From Penicillus capitatus (Eukaryota; Plantae; Chlorophyta): a DNA stretch of 64,000 nt. Every line of letters starts with the position of its first letter. Position 1 is the first letter of the stretch. Below are positions 51,901-64,000 of the stretch, piece by piece. A program made the translations under genes and the position numbers. Below the pieces are notes generated by a model. That model had not been told where the DNA came from and made no database searches. It saw only the letters and a program-made list of their open reading frames with translations. The stretch spans positions 121,766 to 185,765 of the forward strand of contig OZ287715.1 in NCBI GenBank assembly GCA_965649825.1, in the 5' to 3' direction.

Positions 51901-54900
51901 AACCGTAGCAGATGTGTCGGTCGCCGAGGTAACAAGGGTCCCCCCTTTGCTTCAATTGTTACGACCCGACGCAGGGTACAAGGGTCCCCCCTTTGCTTCA
52001 ATTGTTACGACCCGACGCAGGGTACAAGGGTCCCCCCTTGCTTCGCAACCGTAGCAAATGTGTCATCCCAACCGTAGCAAATGTGTCATCCCAACCGTAG
52101 CAAATGTGTCATCCCAACCGTAGCAGATGTGTCGGTCGCCGAGGTAACAAGGGTCCCCCCTTTGCTTCAATTGTTACGACCCGACGCAGGGTACAAGGGT
52201 CCCCCCTTTGCTTCAATTGTTACGACCCGACGCAGGGTACAAGGGTCCCCCCTTTGCTTCAACTGTTACGACCCGCAGCCGCCGGCGACTTGAGGACCTC
52301 GATGGATGCAAACCTGCACGTGGATGCACATGGTGAACTTCTAGGAACATCCCAGTTGCTTCGGCCAAGTCGTTTGGAGAACATGCGGACCCTCCCGGAG
52401 CGCAAACGTGCTCGAGCATTCCAGCGCACACCATCCGTCGGTCGCCGAGGTAACAAGGGTCCCCCCTTTGCTTCAATTGTTACGACCCGACGCAGGGTAC
52501 AAGGGTCCCCCCTTTGCTTCAACTGTTACGACCCGCAGCCGCCGGCGACTTGAGGACCTCGATGGATGCAAACCTGCACGTGGATGCACATGGTGAACTT
52601 CTAGGAACATCCCAGTTGCTTCGGCCAAGTCGCTTGGAGAATATGCGGACCCTCCCGGAGCGCTAACGTGCTCGAGCATTCTAGCACACACCATCCGTCG
52701 GTCGCCGGAGGAACAAGGGTCCCCCCTTTGCTTCAATTGTTACGACCCGACGCAGGGTACAAGGGTCCCCCCTTTGCTTCAATTGTTACGACCTGCAGCC
52801 GCCGGCGACTTGAGGACCTCGATGGATGCAAACCTGCACGTGGATGCACATGGTGAACTTCTAGGAACATCCCAGTTGCTTCGGCCAAGTCGCTTGGAGA
52901 ACATGCGGACCCTCCCGGAGCGCTAACGTGCTCGAGCATTCTAGCGCACACCATCCGTCGGTCGCCGGAGGAACAAGGGTCCCCCTTGCTTCGCAACCGT
53001 AGCAAATGTGTCATCCCAACCGTAGCAGATGTGTCATCCCAACCGTAGCATATGTGTCGGTCGCCGAGGTAACAAGGGTCCCCCTTTGCTTCAATTGTTA
53101 CGACCCGACGCAGGGTACAAGGGTCCCCCCTTTGCTTCAATTGTTACGACCCGACGCAGGGTACAAGGGTCCCCCCTTTGCTTCAATTGTTACGACCCGC
53201 AGCCGCCGGCGACTTGAGGACCTCGATGGATGCAAACCTGCACGTGGATGCACATGGTGAACTTCTAGGAACATCCCAGTTGCTTCGGCCAAGTCGTTTG
53301 GAGAACATGCGGACCCTCCCGGAGCGCAAACGTGCTCGAGCATTCCAGCGCACACCATCCGTCGGTCGCCGGAGGAACAAGGGTCCCCCCTTGCTTCGCA
53401 ACCGTAGCAAATGTGTCATCGCAACCGTAGCAAATGTGTCATCCCAACCGTAGCAGATGTGTCATCCCAACCGTAGCAAATGTGTCATCCCAACCGTAGC
53501 AGATGTGTCGGTCGCCGAGGTAACAAGGGTCCCCCCTTTGCTTCAATTGTTACGACCCGACGCAGGGTACAAGGGTCCCCCCTTTGCTTCAACTGTTACG
53601 ACCCGCAGCCGCCGGCGACTTGAGGACCTCGATGGATGCAAACCTGCACGTGGATGCACATGGTGAACTTCTAGGAACATCCCAGTTGCTTCGGCCAAGT
53701 CGTTTGGAGAACATGCGGACCCTCCCGGAGCGCAAACGTGCTCGAGCATTCCAGCGCACACCATCCGTCGGTCGCCGAGGTAACAAGGGTCCCCCCTTTG
53801 CTTCAATTGTTACGACCCGACGCAGGGTACAAGGGTCCCCCCTTTGCTTCAACTGTTACGACCCGCAGCCGCCGGCGACTTGAGGACCTCGATGGATGCA
53901 AACCTGCACGTGGATGCACATGGTGAACTTCTAGGAACATCCCAGTTGCTTCGGCCAAGTCGCTTGGAGAATATGCGGACCCTCCCGGAGCGCTAACGTG
54001 CTCGAGCATTCTAGCACACACCATCCGTCGGTCGCCGGAGGAACAAGGGTCCCCCCTTTGCTTCAATTGTTACGACCCGACGCAGGGTACAAGGGTCCCC
54101 CCTTTGCTTCAATTGTTACGACCTGCAGCCGCCGGCGACTTGAGGACCTCGATGGATGCAAACCTGCACGTGGATGCACATGGTGAACTTCTAGGAACAT
54201 CCCAGTTGCTTCGGCCAAGTCGCTTGGAGAACATGCGGACCCTCCCGGAGCGCAAACGTGCTCGAGCATTCCAGCGCACACCATCCGTCGGTCGCCGGAG
54301 GAACAAGGGTCCCCCCTTGCTTCAATTGTTACGATCCTCAACTACGGTTATAAATGTTGCGACCCTCAACTACGGTTATAAATGTTGCGACCCGCCGGAG
54401 GGAACAAGGGTCCCCCCTTTGCTTCGCATCCTCGCACCACCCGTCGGTCGCCGGAGGGTACAAGGGTCCCCCCTTTGCTTCAATTGTTACGATCCTCAAC
54501 TACGGTTATAAATGTTGCGACCCGCCGGAGGGAACAAGGGTCCCCCCTTTGCTTCGCATCCTCGCACCACCCGTCGGTCGCCGGAGGGTACAAGGGTCCC
54601 CCCTTTGCTTCAATTGTTACGATCCTCAACTACGGTTATAAATGTTGCGACCCTCAACTACGGTTATAAATGTTGCGACCCGCCGGAGGGAACAAGGGTC
54701 CCCCCTTTGCTTCGCATCCTCGCAGCACACCCGTCGGTCGCCGGAGGGTACAAGGGTCCCCCCTTTGCTTCAATTGTTACGATCCTCAACTACGGTTATA
54801 AATGTTGCGACCCTCAACTACGGTTATAAATGTTGCGACCCGCCGGAGGGTACTAGGGTCCCCCCTTTGCTTCGCATCCCTCGCACCACCCGTCGGTCGC

Positions 54901-57900
54901 CGGAGGAACAAGGGTCCCCCCTTTGCTTCAATTGTTACGATCCTCAACTACGGTTATAAATGTTGCGACCCTCAACTACGGTTATAAATGTTGCGACCCG
55001 CCGGAGGGAACAAGGGTCCCCCCTTTGCTTCGCATCCTCGCACCACCCGTCGGTCGCCGGAGGAACAAGGGTCCCCCCTTGCTTCGCAACCGTAGCAAAT
55101 GTGTCGTCATCCCAACCGTAGCAAATGTGTCATCCCAACCGTAGCAGATGTGTCATCCCAACCGTAGCAGATGTGTCGGTCGCCGAGGTAACAAGGGTCC
55201 CCCCTTTGCTTCAATTGTTACGACCCGACGCAGGGTACAAGGGTCCCCCCTTTGCTTCAATTGTTACGACCCGACGCAGGGTACAAGGGTCCCCCTTGCT
55301 TCGCAACCGTAGCAAATGTGTCATCCCAACCGTAGCAAATGTGTCATCCCAACCGTAGCAAATGTGTCATCCCAACCGTAGCAGATGTGTCGTCGCCGAG
55401 GTAACAAGGGTCCCCCCTTTGCTTCAATTGTTACGACCCGACGCAGGGTACAAGGGTCCCCCCTTTGCTTCAATTGTTACGACCCGACGCAGGGTACAAG
55501 GGTCCCCCCTTTGCTTCAACTGTTACGACCCGCAGCCGCCGGCGACTTGAGGACCTCGATGGATGCAAACCTGCACGTGGATGCACATGGTGAACTTCTA
55601 GGAACATCCCAGTTGCTTCGGCAAGTCGTTTGGAGAACATGCGGACCCTCCGGAGCGCAAACGTGCTCGAGCATTCCAGCGCACACCATCCGTCGGTCGC
55701 CGAGGTAACAAGGGTCCCCCCTTTGCTTCAATTGTTACGACCCGACGCAGGGTACAAGGGTCCCCCCTTTGCTTCAACTGTTACGACCCGCAGCCGCCGG
55801 CGACTTGAGGACCTCGATGGATGCAAACCTGCACGTGGATGCACATGGTGAACTTCTAGGAACATCCCAGTTGCTTCGGCCAAGTCGCTTGGAGAATATG
55901 CGGACCCTCCCGGAGCGCTAACGTGCTCGAGCATTCTAGCACACACCATCCGTCGGTCGCCGGAGGAACAAGGGTCCCCCCTTTGCTTCAATTGTTACGA
56001 CCTGCAGCCGCCGGCGACTTGAGGACCTCGATGGATGCAAACCTGCACGTGGATGCACATGGTGAACTTCTAGGAACATCCCAGTTGCTTCGGCCAAGTC
56101 GCTTGGAGAACATGCGGACCCTCCCGGAGCGCTAACGTGCTCGAGCATTCTAGCGCACACCATCCGTCGGTCGCCGGAGGAACAAGGGTCCCCCCTTGCT
56201 TCGCAACCGTAGCAAATGTGTCATCCCAACCGTAGCAGATGTGTCATCCCAACCGTAGCATATGTGTCGGTCGCCGAGGTAACAAGGGTCCCCCTTTGCT
56301 TCAATTGTTACGACCCGACGCAGGGTACAAGGGGTCCCCCCTTTGCTTCAATTGTTACGACCCGACGCAGGGTACAAGGGTCCCCCCTTTGCTTCAATTG
56401 TTACGACCCGCAGCCGCCGGCGACTTGAGGACCTCGATGGATGCAAACCTGCACGTGGATGCACATGGTGAACTTCTAGGAACATCCCAGTTGCTTCGGC
56501 CAAGTCGTTTGGAGAACATGCGGACCCTCCCGGAGCGCAAACGTGCTCGAGCATTCCAGCGCACACCATCCGTCGGTCGCCGGAGGAACAAGGGTCCCCC
56601 CTTGCTTCGCAACCGTAGCAAATGTGTCATCGCAACCGTAGCAAATGTGTCATCCCAACCGTAGCAAATGTGTCATCCCAACCGTAGCAGATGTGTCATC
56701 CCAACCGTAGCAGATGTGTCATCCCAACCGTAGCAGATGTGTCATCCCAACCGTAGCAGATGTGTCGGTCGCCGAGGTAACAAGGGTCCCCCCTTTGCTT
56801 CAATTGTTACGACCCGACGCAGGGTACAAGGGTCCCCCCTTTGCTTCAACTGTTACGACCCGCAGCCGCCGGCGACTTGAGGACCTCGATGGATGCAAAC
56901 CTGCACGTGGATGCACATGGTGAACTTCTAGGAACATCCCAGTTGCTTCGGCCAAGTCGTTTGGAGAACATGCGGACCCTCCCGGAGCGCAAACGTGCTC
57001 GAGCATTCCAGCGCACACCATCCGTCGGTCGCCGGAGGAACAAGGGTCCCCCCTTGCTTCGCAACCGTAGCAAATGTGTCATCGCAACCGTAGCAAATGT
57101 GTCATCCCAACCGTAGCAGATGTGTCATCCCAACCGTAGCAAATGTGTCATCCCAACCGTAGCAGATGTGTCGGTCGCCGAGGTAACAAGGGTCCCCCCT
57201 TTGCTTCAATTGTTACGACCCGACGCAGGGTACAAGGGTCCCCCCTTTGCTTCAACTGTTACGACCCGCAGCCGCCGGCGACTTGAGGACCTCGATGGAT
57301 GCAAACCTGCACGTGGATGCACATGGTGAACTTCTAGGAACATCCCAGTTGCTTCGGCCAAGTCGTTTGGAGAACATGCGGACCCTCCCGGAGCGCAAAC
57401 GTGCTCGAGCATTCCAGCGCACACCATCCGTCGGTCGCCGGAGGAACAAGGGTCCCCCCTTGCTTCAATTGTTACGATCCTCAACTACGGTTATAAATGT
57501 TGCGACCCTCAACTACGGTTATAAATGTTGCGACCCGCCGGAGGGAACAAGGGTCCCCCCTTTGCTTCGCATCCTCGCACCACCCGTCGGTCGCCGGAGG
57601 GTACAAGGGTCCCCCCTTTGCTTCAATTGTTACGATCCTCAACTACGGTTATAAATGTGCGACCCTCAACTACGGTTATAATTGTTGCGACCCGCCGGAG
57701 GGTACTAGGGTCCCCCCTTTGCTTCGCATCCTCGCACCACCCGTCGGTCGCCGGAGGAACAAGGGTCCCCCCTTTGCTTCAATTGTTACGATCCTCAACT
57801 ACGGTTATAAATGTTGCGACCCTCAACTACGGTTATAAATGTTGCGACCCGCCGGAGGGAACAAGGGTCCCCCCTTTGCTTCGCATCCTCGCACCACCCG

Positions 57901-60237
57901 TCGGTCGCCGGAGGGTACAAGGGTCCCCCCTTTGCTTCAATTGTTACGATCCTCAACTACGGTTATAAATGTTGCGACCCTCAACTACGGTTATAAATGT
58001 TGCGACCCGCCGGAGGGTACTAGGGTCCCCCCTTTGCTTCGCATCCTCGCACCACCCGTCGGTCGCCGGAGGAACAAGGGTCCCCCCTTTGCTTCAATTG
58101 TTACGATCCTCAACTACGGTTATAAAATGTTGCGACCCTCAACTACGGTTATAAATGTTGCGACCCGCCGGAGGGAACAAGGGTCCCCCTTTGCTTCGCA
58201 TCCTCGCACCACCCGTCGGTCGCCGGAGGAACAAGGGTCCCCCCTTGCTTCGCAACCGTAGCAAATGTGTCGTCATCCCAACCGTAGCAAATGTGTCATC
58301 CCAACCGTAGCAGATGTGTCATCCCAACCGTAGCAGATGTGTCGGTCGCCGAGGTAACAAGGGTCCCCCCTTTGCTTCAATTGTTACGACCCGACGCAGG
58401 GTACAAGGGTCCCCCCTTTGCTTCAATTGTTACGACCCGACGCAGGGTACAAGGGTCCCCCCTTGCTTCGCAACCGTAGCAAATGTGTCATCCCAACCGT
58501 AGCAAATGTGTCATCCCAACCGTAGCAAATGTGTCATCCCAACCGTAGCAGATGTGTCGGTCGCCGAGGTAACAAGGGTCCCCCCCTTTGCTTCAATTGT
58601 TACGACCCGACGCAGGGTACAAGGGTCCCCCCTTTGCTTCAATTGTTACGACCCGACGCAGGGTACAAGGGTCCCCCCTTTGCTTCAACTGTTACGACCC
58701 GCAGCCGCCGGCGACTTGAGGACCTCGATGGATGCAAACCTGCACGTGGATGCACATGGTGAACTTCTAGGAACATCCAGTTGCTTCGGCCAAGTCGTTT
58801 GGAGAACATGCGGACCCTCCCGGAGCGCAAACGTGCTCGAGCATTCCAGCGCACACCATCCGTCGGTCGCCGAGGTAACAAGGGTCCCCCTTTGCTTCAA
58901 TTGTTACGACCCGACGCAGGGTACAAGGGTCCCCCCTTTGCTTCAACTGTTACGACCCGCAGCCGCCGGCGACTTGAGGACCTCGATGGATGCAAACCTG
59001 CACGTGGATGCACATGGTGAACTTCTAGGAACATCCCAGTTGCTTCGGCCAAGTCGCTTGGAGAATATGCGGACCCTCCCGGAGCGCTAACGTGCTCGAG
59101 CATTCTAGCACACACCATCCGTCGGTCGCCGGAGGAACAAGGGTCCCCCCTTTGCTTCAATTGTTACGACCCGACGCAGGGTACAAGGGTCCCCCCTTTG
59201 CTTCAATTGTTACGACCTGCAGCCGCCGGCGACTTGAGGACCTCGATGGATGCAAACCTGCACGTGGATGCACATGGTGAACTTCTAGGAACATCCCAGT
59301 TGCTTCGGCCAAGTCGCTTGGAGAACATGCGGACCCTCCCGGAGCGCTAACGTGCTCGAGCATTCTAGCGCACACCATCCGTCGGTCGCCGGAGGAACAA
59401 GGGTCCCCCCTTGCTTCGCAACCGTAGCAAATGTGTCATCCCAACCGTAGCAGATGTGTCATCCCAACCGTAGCATATGTGTCGGTCGCCGAGGTAACAA
59501 GGGTCCCCCTTTGCTTCAATTGTTACGACCCGACGCAGGGTACAAGGGTCCCCCCTTTGCTTCAATTGTTACGACCCGACGCAGGGTACAAGGGTCCCCC
59601 TTTGCTTCAATTGTTACGACCCGCAGCCGCCGGCGACTTGAGGACCTCGATGGATGCAAACCTGCACGTGGATGCACATGGTGAACTTCTAGGAACATCC
59701 CAGTTGCTTCGGCCAAGTCGTTTGGAGAACATGCGGACCCTCCCGGAGCGCAAACGTGCTCGAGCATTCCAGCGCACACCATCCGTCGGTCGCCGGAGGA
59801 ACAAGGGTCCCCCCTTGCTTCGCAACCGTAGCAAATGTGTCATCGCAACCGTAGCAAATGTGTCATCCCAACCGTAGCAAATGTGTCATCCCAACCGTAG
59901 CAGATGTGTCATCCCAACCGTAGCAGATGTGTCATCCCAACCGTAGCAGATGTGTCGGTCGCCGAGGTAACAAGGGTCCCCCCTTTGCTTCAATTGTTAC
60001 GACCCGACGCAGGGTACAAGGGTCCCCCCTTTGCTTCAACTGTTACGACCCGCAGCCGCCGGCGACTTGAGGACCTCGATGGATGCAAACCTGCACGTGG
60101 ATGCACATGGTGAACTTCTAGGAACATCCCAGTTGCTTCGGCCAAGTCGTTTGGAGAACATGCGGACCCTCCCGGAGCGCAAACGTGCTCGAGCATTCCA
60201 GCGCACACCATCCGTCGGTCGCCGGAGGAACAAGGGT
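48867..60237 (+). repeat. Complex modular satellite with a 20-bp core (AAGGGTCCCCCCTTTGCTTC), internal 23- and 28-bp subrepeats, and a ~3.2 kb higher-order repeat
   Basis: Modules of 46, 56, 102 and 214 bp plus a variable (23-mer)n module, each beginning with the core. Identical variant sites recur at ~3210-bp spacing. Confidence 0.97.
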
Positions 60238-63200
60238 AGTTTGATAATAAATAGTTGATTGACCTTCTCCTGCATTGTCAGATATAACCACGTCATAAGA
60301 GGTAATATCACACTCTGGTCCAGTTACATAATGGTTTTCAAAACAATAAGTCAATTCAACCAATCCTTCTCCAACGTATTCCACATTTTGATAAATCATA
60401 CACCAAAAATCTTCTTGGCAATCCATAAACCGGACCTTGAAAGTGGCAGGGCATTCTTCACCAGTTTCTTCGTCACAAAGAATGATAGTACCTGTCAATC
60501 CTTCATTTGCTACATAATAGTCCCAATCGGTAATATGTAGGAATGCGTTCAATTTAATTCATTCCACCAGGAAATATTGATGTAGGCATGGTTTAGAATG
60601 TTTAAGTATCCGCCATAATCAATGGTAGGGAAGTTACCACAGAATATATAGCCATCCGGGATCATCATTGTTACGGAATACCAATTGAAATAATCAAAAG
60701 GGTTCATATCGGCCATATTCAAACTAATAATCACTTCATCTACCGTGTTACCACCTAATACACAGCCAAAAGAATGAACTGTAAAGCTGGTTTCTAATTC
60801 TTCCGGACAATTGCTGCTGCAAATAAGTACTTCCAGACAGAATTCGTCAGAACTTACCTGACATCCTCCGTCATTGATGTGAAGGGTAATTTTGCCTGCC
60901 ATGGCAGTAGTCAGTGTTAAAGGGGTAATACTTCCAGAACCAGTGTTTAGGATGGAAATACTTCCACTTTCATCTTCCAATTGCCATTCCCAAGAGCTAA
61001 AAGACCCTGGTATCCCATTTAAAATGATATTGTTTTTATCAAGCGTTGTATCACAATATTCATAACATCCACTTAAAAAGGAAGTGAAATCAATGGCGTT
61101 ATCCACAATAGTGGTGGTATTAGATGAACAGCCATTTTCATCGGTGTAGGTAACCGAATAAAAACCATTTTGGCCCGGATAGATGCATTGATCCGTAAAG
61201 TTGACGATATTGGTACCCGACCAAACTACCTCTGTATATGGTGAAGCACAAAGTTCAATGGAATAAGGTTCACAATTAATCGGACCTTCAATGATCTCTG
61301 GGGGAGCAGGATTCCCAAATACGGTTATGGTCGTACTTAATTCAGCACACTCCGTACCTCCGGTACCTAAGGCAATTACCCGGATATCATAAGTGCCAGG
61401 TGAAAAAATACTTAAATCCGGGCCGTTTTCAATGTAACTGGCTGGAATAGGGTTGATTTCCCAATCATAGGTATAACCTTGGGCCGGAGTTACTGATAAA
61501 AAGGCTCCGGAACAGCCATCAATAGCTCCCATAATCCCGGTGGCAAAAGGATCAAATAATTGAAGAGGTAGCGGTTCAGGAACAAAATTACATCCATTAA
61601 CATCTGTGATAGTGACAAAATAAACATCGCTAACCATTACATACGGATTTGGAAGTGTTTCCTGTCCTGTTGGAACAGGACTCCATGAATAAGAAACAAT
61701 AGCTGGACTACCGGGATCTGGATCAAAGGATAATTCCGCCGAAGCACTGCAATCCATATAATCAAAAGAAATTTCTCCATCCATGGTATTTACGGCTATA
61801 TCATATTCTGACTAGATTGGACCGTACATCCGTAAATGGATTCAACCTGTAAATTTTACCTGGTAAGCGTTGGCAGTATTATAAGTTTTGAAAGGTTCGT
61901 AAAGCTGGCTAAACGAACCATCTCCAAAATCCCATAATACGTTCAAAACAAGCTCTTCCTGTAGGTTAGGAGTAAATTGGATGGCTTGTCCTTCACAAGT
62001 CCCAGTTTGAGAGAAACTAAATTCGGCGGAAGGAGAAGCAGGTACTATGATATCATGGCACTGTGCGCATTTGTATGGCTGAAACCCAGTTGAACCTATT
62101 CTTAGACAAGCAGAAATAGTACTTCCGGGAGAAACCCCCGCAATATTGATGGAAGATCCTGTTCCACCTTGTTGATTTCCTCCATCAATTTGATAAACCC
62201 ATTCTTGTTCAACCTGTGTAGGATCCTCGAAATAATTGGATATATCATTGAGCGTGACATCATATTTATCCGGATCAGCGCTACAATCAAAATTCCATTC
62301 GAAATCCGTAATAAAGGGAATTACCACCTGCTCAAAATCACTATCTTCGCAAAGCAATTCAATAGGTTGACCCGTTTCGGGATCTTTCACAACTTCTGTA
62401 CTAATATTTACTATACAAAGGGAATTGGGATCGTAGCTACAGAAGTCCTCAAATTCAAGGATCTGTCCAGAGCACGTTTCAATAAAAACTTGAATATCCA
62501 ACTGAGTTTCAAAGGCAGAGAGCCAAACCCCGTAAACACCGGGTAAGTCTCCTAATACCAGATTGTTTTGGATGAGTTCTCCCTGATTTGAAATAGGTAT
62601 GCTAGAAAAAGTATTGTCCGGCCTTCTTATTAGCCAACGAGGAGCGTAGGCGTCATCAAAATCTGTTATGGTTCCGGAAATATCAATTGCTGCACAAGGG
62701 TCTTGCTGTGAGGCAAAAGACCATTGATCGATGGTTATGGTAATATCATTATCCGGGGGAAGGGAGTCGCAGCAAGGAGTTTCACAATTGTAAAATACTG
62801 GCTCATCATCTGTGTTGGAACAAACACCATTATCCACGATTACGCTATAGTTCCCTGTTTCTGTTATGGTCACAGGTGGGGGACAATCCAGGCAAAACAC
62901 TACACCATCTTTATACCAATCATATGTATAACTAGGATTGAAAGGGATTACATTTAATTGGGAGGTAAAAGGAGTTCCTTCGGGGCAAGGGAGGAAATCC
63001 AAAAAGATAATTTCAGGTTCCGGATTGGCAATAATATCGATAAAATACACTGCTGCCGGCACACCAAAACATCCATTTGGCCGAATGGCCTTTAGAATTA
63101 CCTGATGTTGCCCCGGCGTTTCGAAAATGTAATCTAAAGTGGGGGCATTCCCTCCGGGACAGGCATTCCGTCGACTTCCCACATATAACTATCTGCGGTT

Positions 63201-64000
63201 GTTGCATTGGAGGAAAAAGTAACCGTCTCTCCCTGGCAAGCCTGAGGAGGGCCCACTATTTCTAATTCAAAGGGGGTTAAGGTGACCACTAATTGGTTGG
63301 AGACATTTTGATTACAAACAGACGAAGAAACACTTATAGTAACATCCATTGGGGTTGGATGGTAAAGCCACTGAATTTCCACCTCATCGGTGTTTTGTCC
63401 TGTAACGATACTTCCAAGTGCCGGATCGATCGACCATTGGTAATTAAATCCTCCTGAAACAGATGCAGTATAGGATTCGTAACTGTCGGGACATGGTGTT
63501 TGATTCCCTATAATTTCAATCTCCGGAGTCGTAATTGCCGTAACCATATAGACCGCCGTATCGGAATTACAACTGGCACCTTGATACATGGTTTCGCGCC
63601 AAACCCATATTTCATTATCCGGAGAATCTACGGTCCAGTTATAACTGGTAAAATTTCCCGATTTTTCAGTTGGGATTCCATCTTCCCAAAAAACCCAATG
63701 GATAATATCGAAAGGAACATTATCAAAAACAAAGTAAGTGTACGTTTGATTTAAACACACTTCCGTCGGACCATTAAAGTTCATGATCTCCGGACTTTCC
63801 AACACTTCAATGGCAAAGGTGGAAGGACAAATCGTGCTACCTCCAATAGTAACTTGTACTTCCAAGCTGTAAATGCCTGGTTCGTCAAATAGGTCGCCAG
63901 ATAAATCTACATCTGGCCCCTCTTGGTCTGAGTCGAATAGTATTTCGGCCCCTTGATAAAGCGTCCACCTTATAGTCCCATTTGGAATCGGGCTAAGGGC
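60238..64000 (-). CDS. Bacterial (Bacteroidota-type) large PKD/PKD-like repeat surface protein, broken by indels, truncated at the satellite junction and open at the window end
   Basis: Intronless, AT-richer DNA. Pieces 63134-64000, 61842-63182, 60549-61784 and 60238-60552 read as one protein with EIIGNQTPC...YQWSI...GSIVTGQNTDEVEIQW (PKD-like), VLWDFGDGSFS..EPFKTY (PKD) and YSVTYTDENGCS repeats. Confidence 0.85.

Noticed and set aside
48967-60237. CRISPR-like array (palindromic direct repeat with intervening sequences)
   Set aside because: The intervening sequences are only five recurring modules of very unequal length, not unique spacers. There are no cas genes and the context is eukaryotic.
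48400-60237. Dozens of 60-190 aa ORFs in the satellite
   Set aside because: They are translations of the same repeat modules in all frames, with no protein-like features.
60200-64000. Telomere, or TE terminus at the junction
   Set aside because: No TTTAGGG/TTAGGG array, terminal inverted repeat, LTR or target-site duplication is visible.

Overview
Eukaryotic, green-algal (chlorophyte-type) nuclear DNA using the standard genetic code. It has three zones. (1) 1-46.4 kb is an extremely compact gene-dense arm with mostly 42-60 nt introns. Genes include NBAS/MIP2, a PPR-SMR-cyclin fusion, endonuclease V, plastid FKBP17-2, RPLP2, a CAAX/CPBP protease, eEF1B, an RRM/RS protein, EXA1/GIGYF, Rab11, mid-SUN, RNase H2C, ribophorin II, uL22m, WDR6, chloroplast lipocalin, DSS1, a GRIK/CaMKK kinase with a cNMP-binding-like domain, mS26, a complete YABBY (C2C2 + YABBY domain) and a YqgE/AlgH-family gene. 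(2) 47-60.2 kb holds a frame-biased C-run VNTR, orphan ORF remnants and an ~11 kb modular satellite. The satellite is built from five modules that all start with one 20-bp core and are arranged in a ~3.2 kb higher-order repeat. (3) 60.24-64 kb switches abruptly, mid-gene, to AT-richer intronless DNA encoding a frameshifted Bacteroidota-type PKD-repeat surface protein (chimeric join/contaminant, or HGT). The best leads are the algal YABBY, a candidate polycistronic RNASEH2C-RPN2-uL22m string with an ATGA stop/start overlap, the core-anchored satellite, and the kinase-CNBD fusion. All family calls come from motif recognition by eye; no database search was run.
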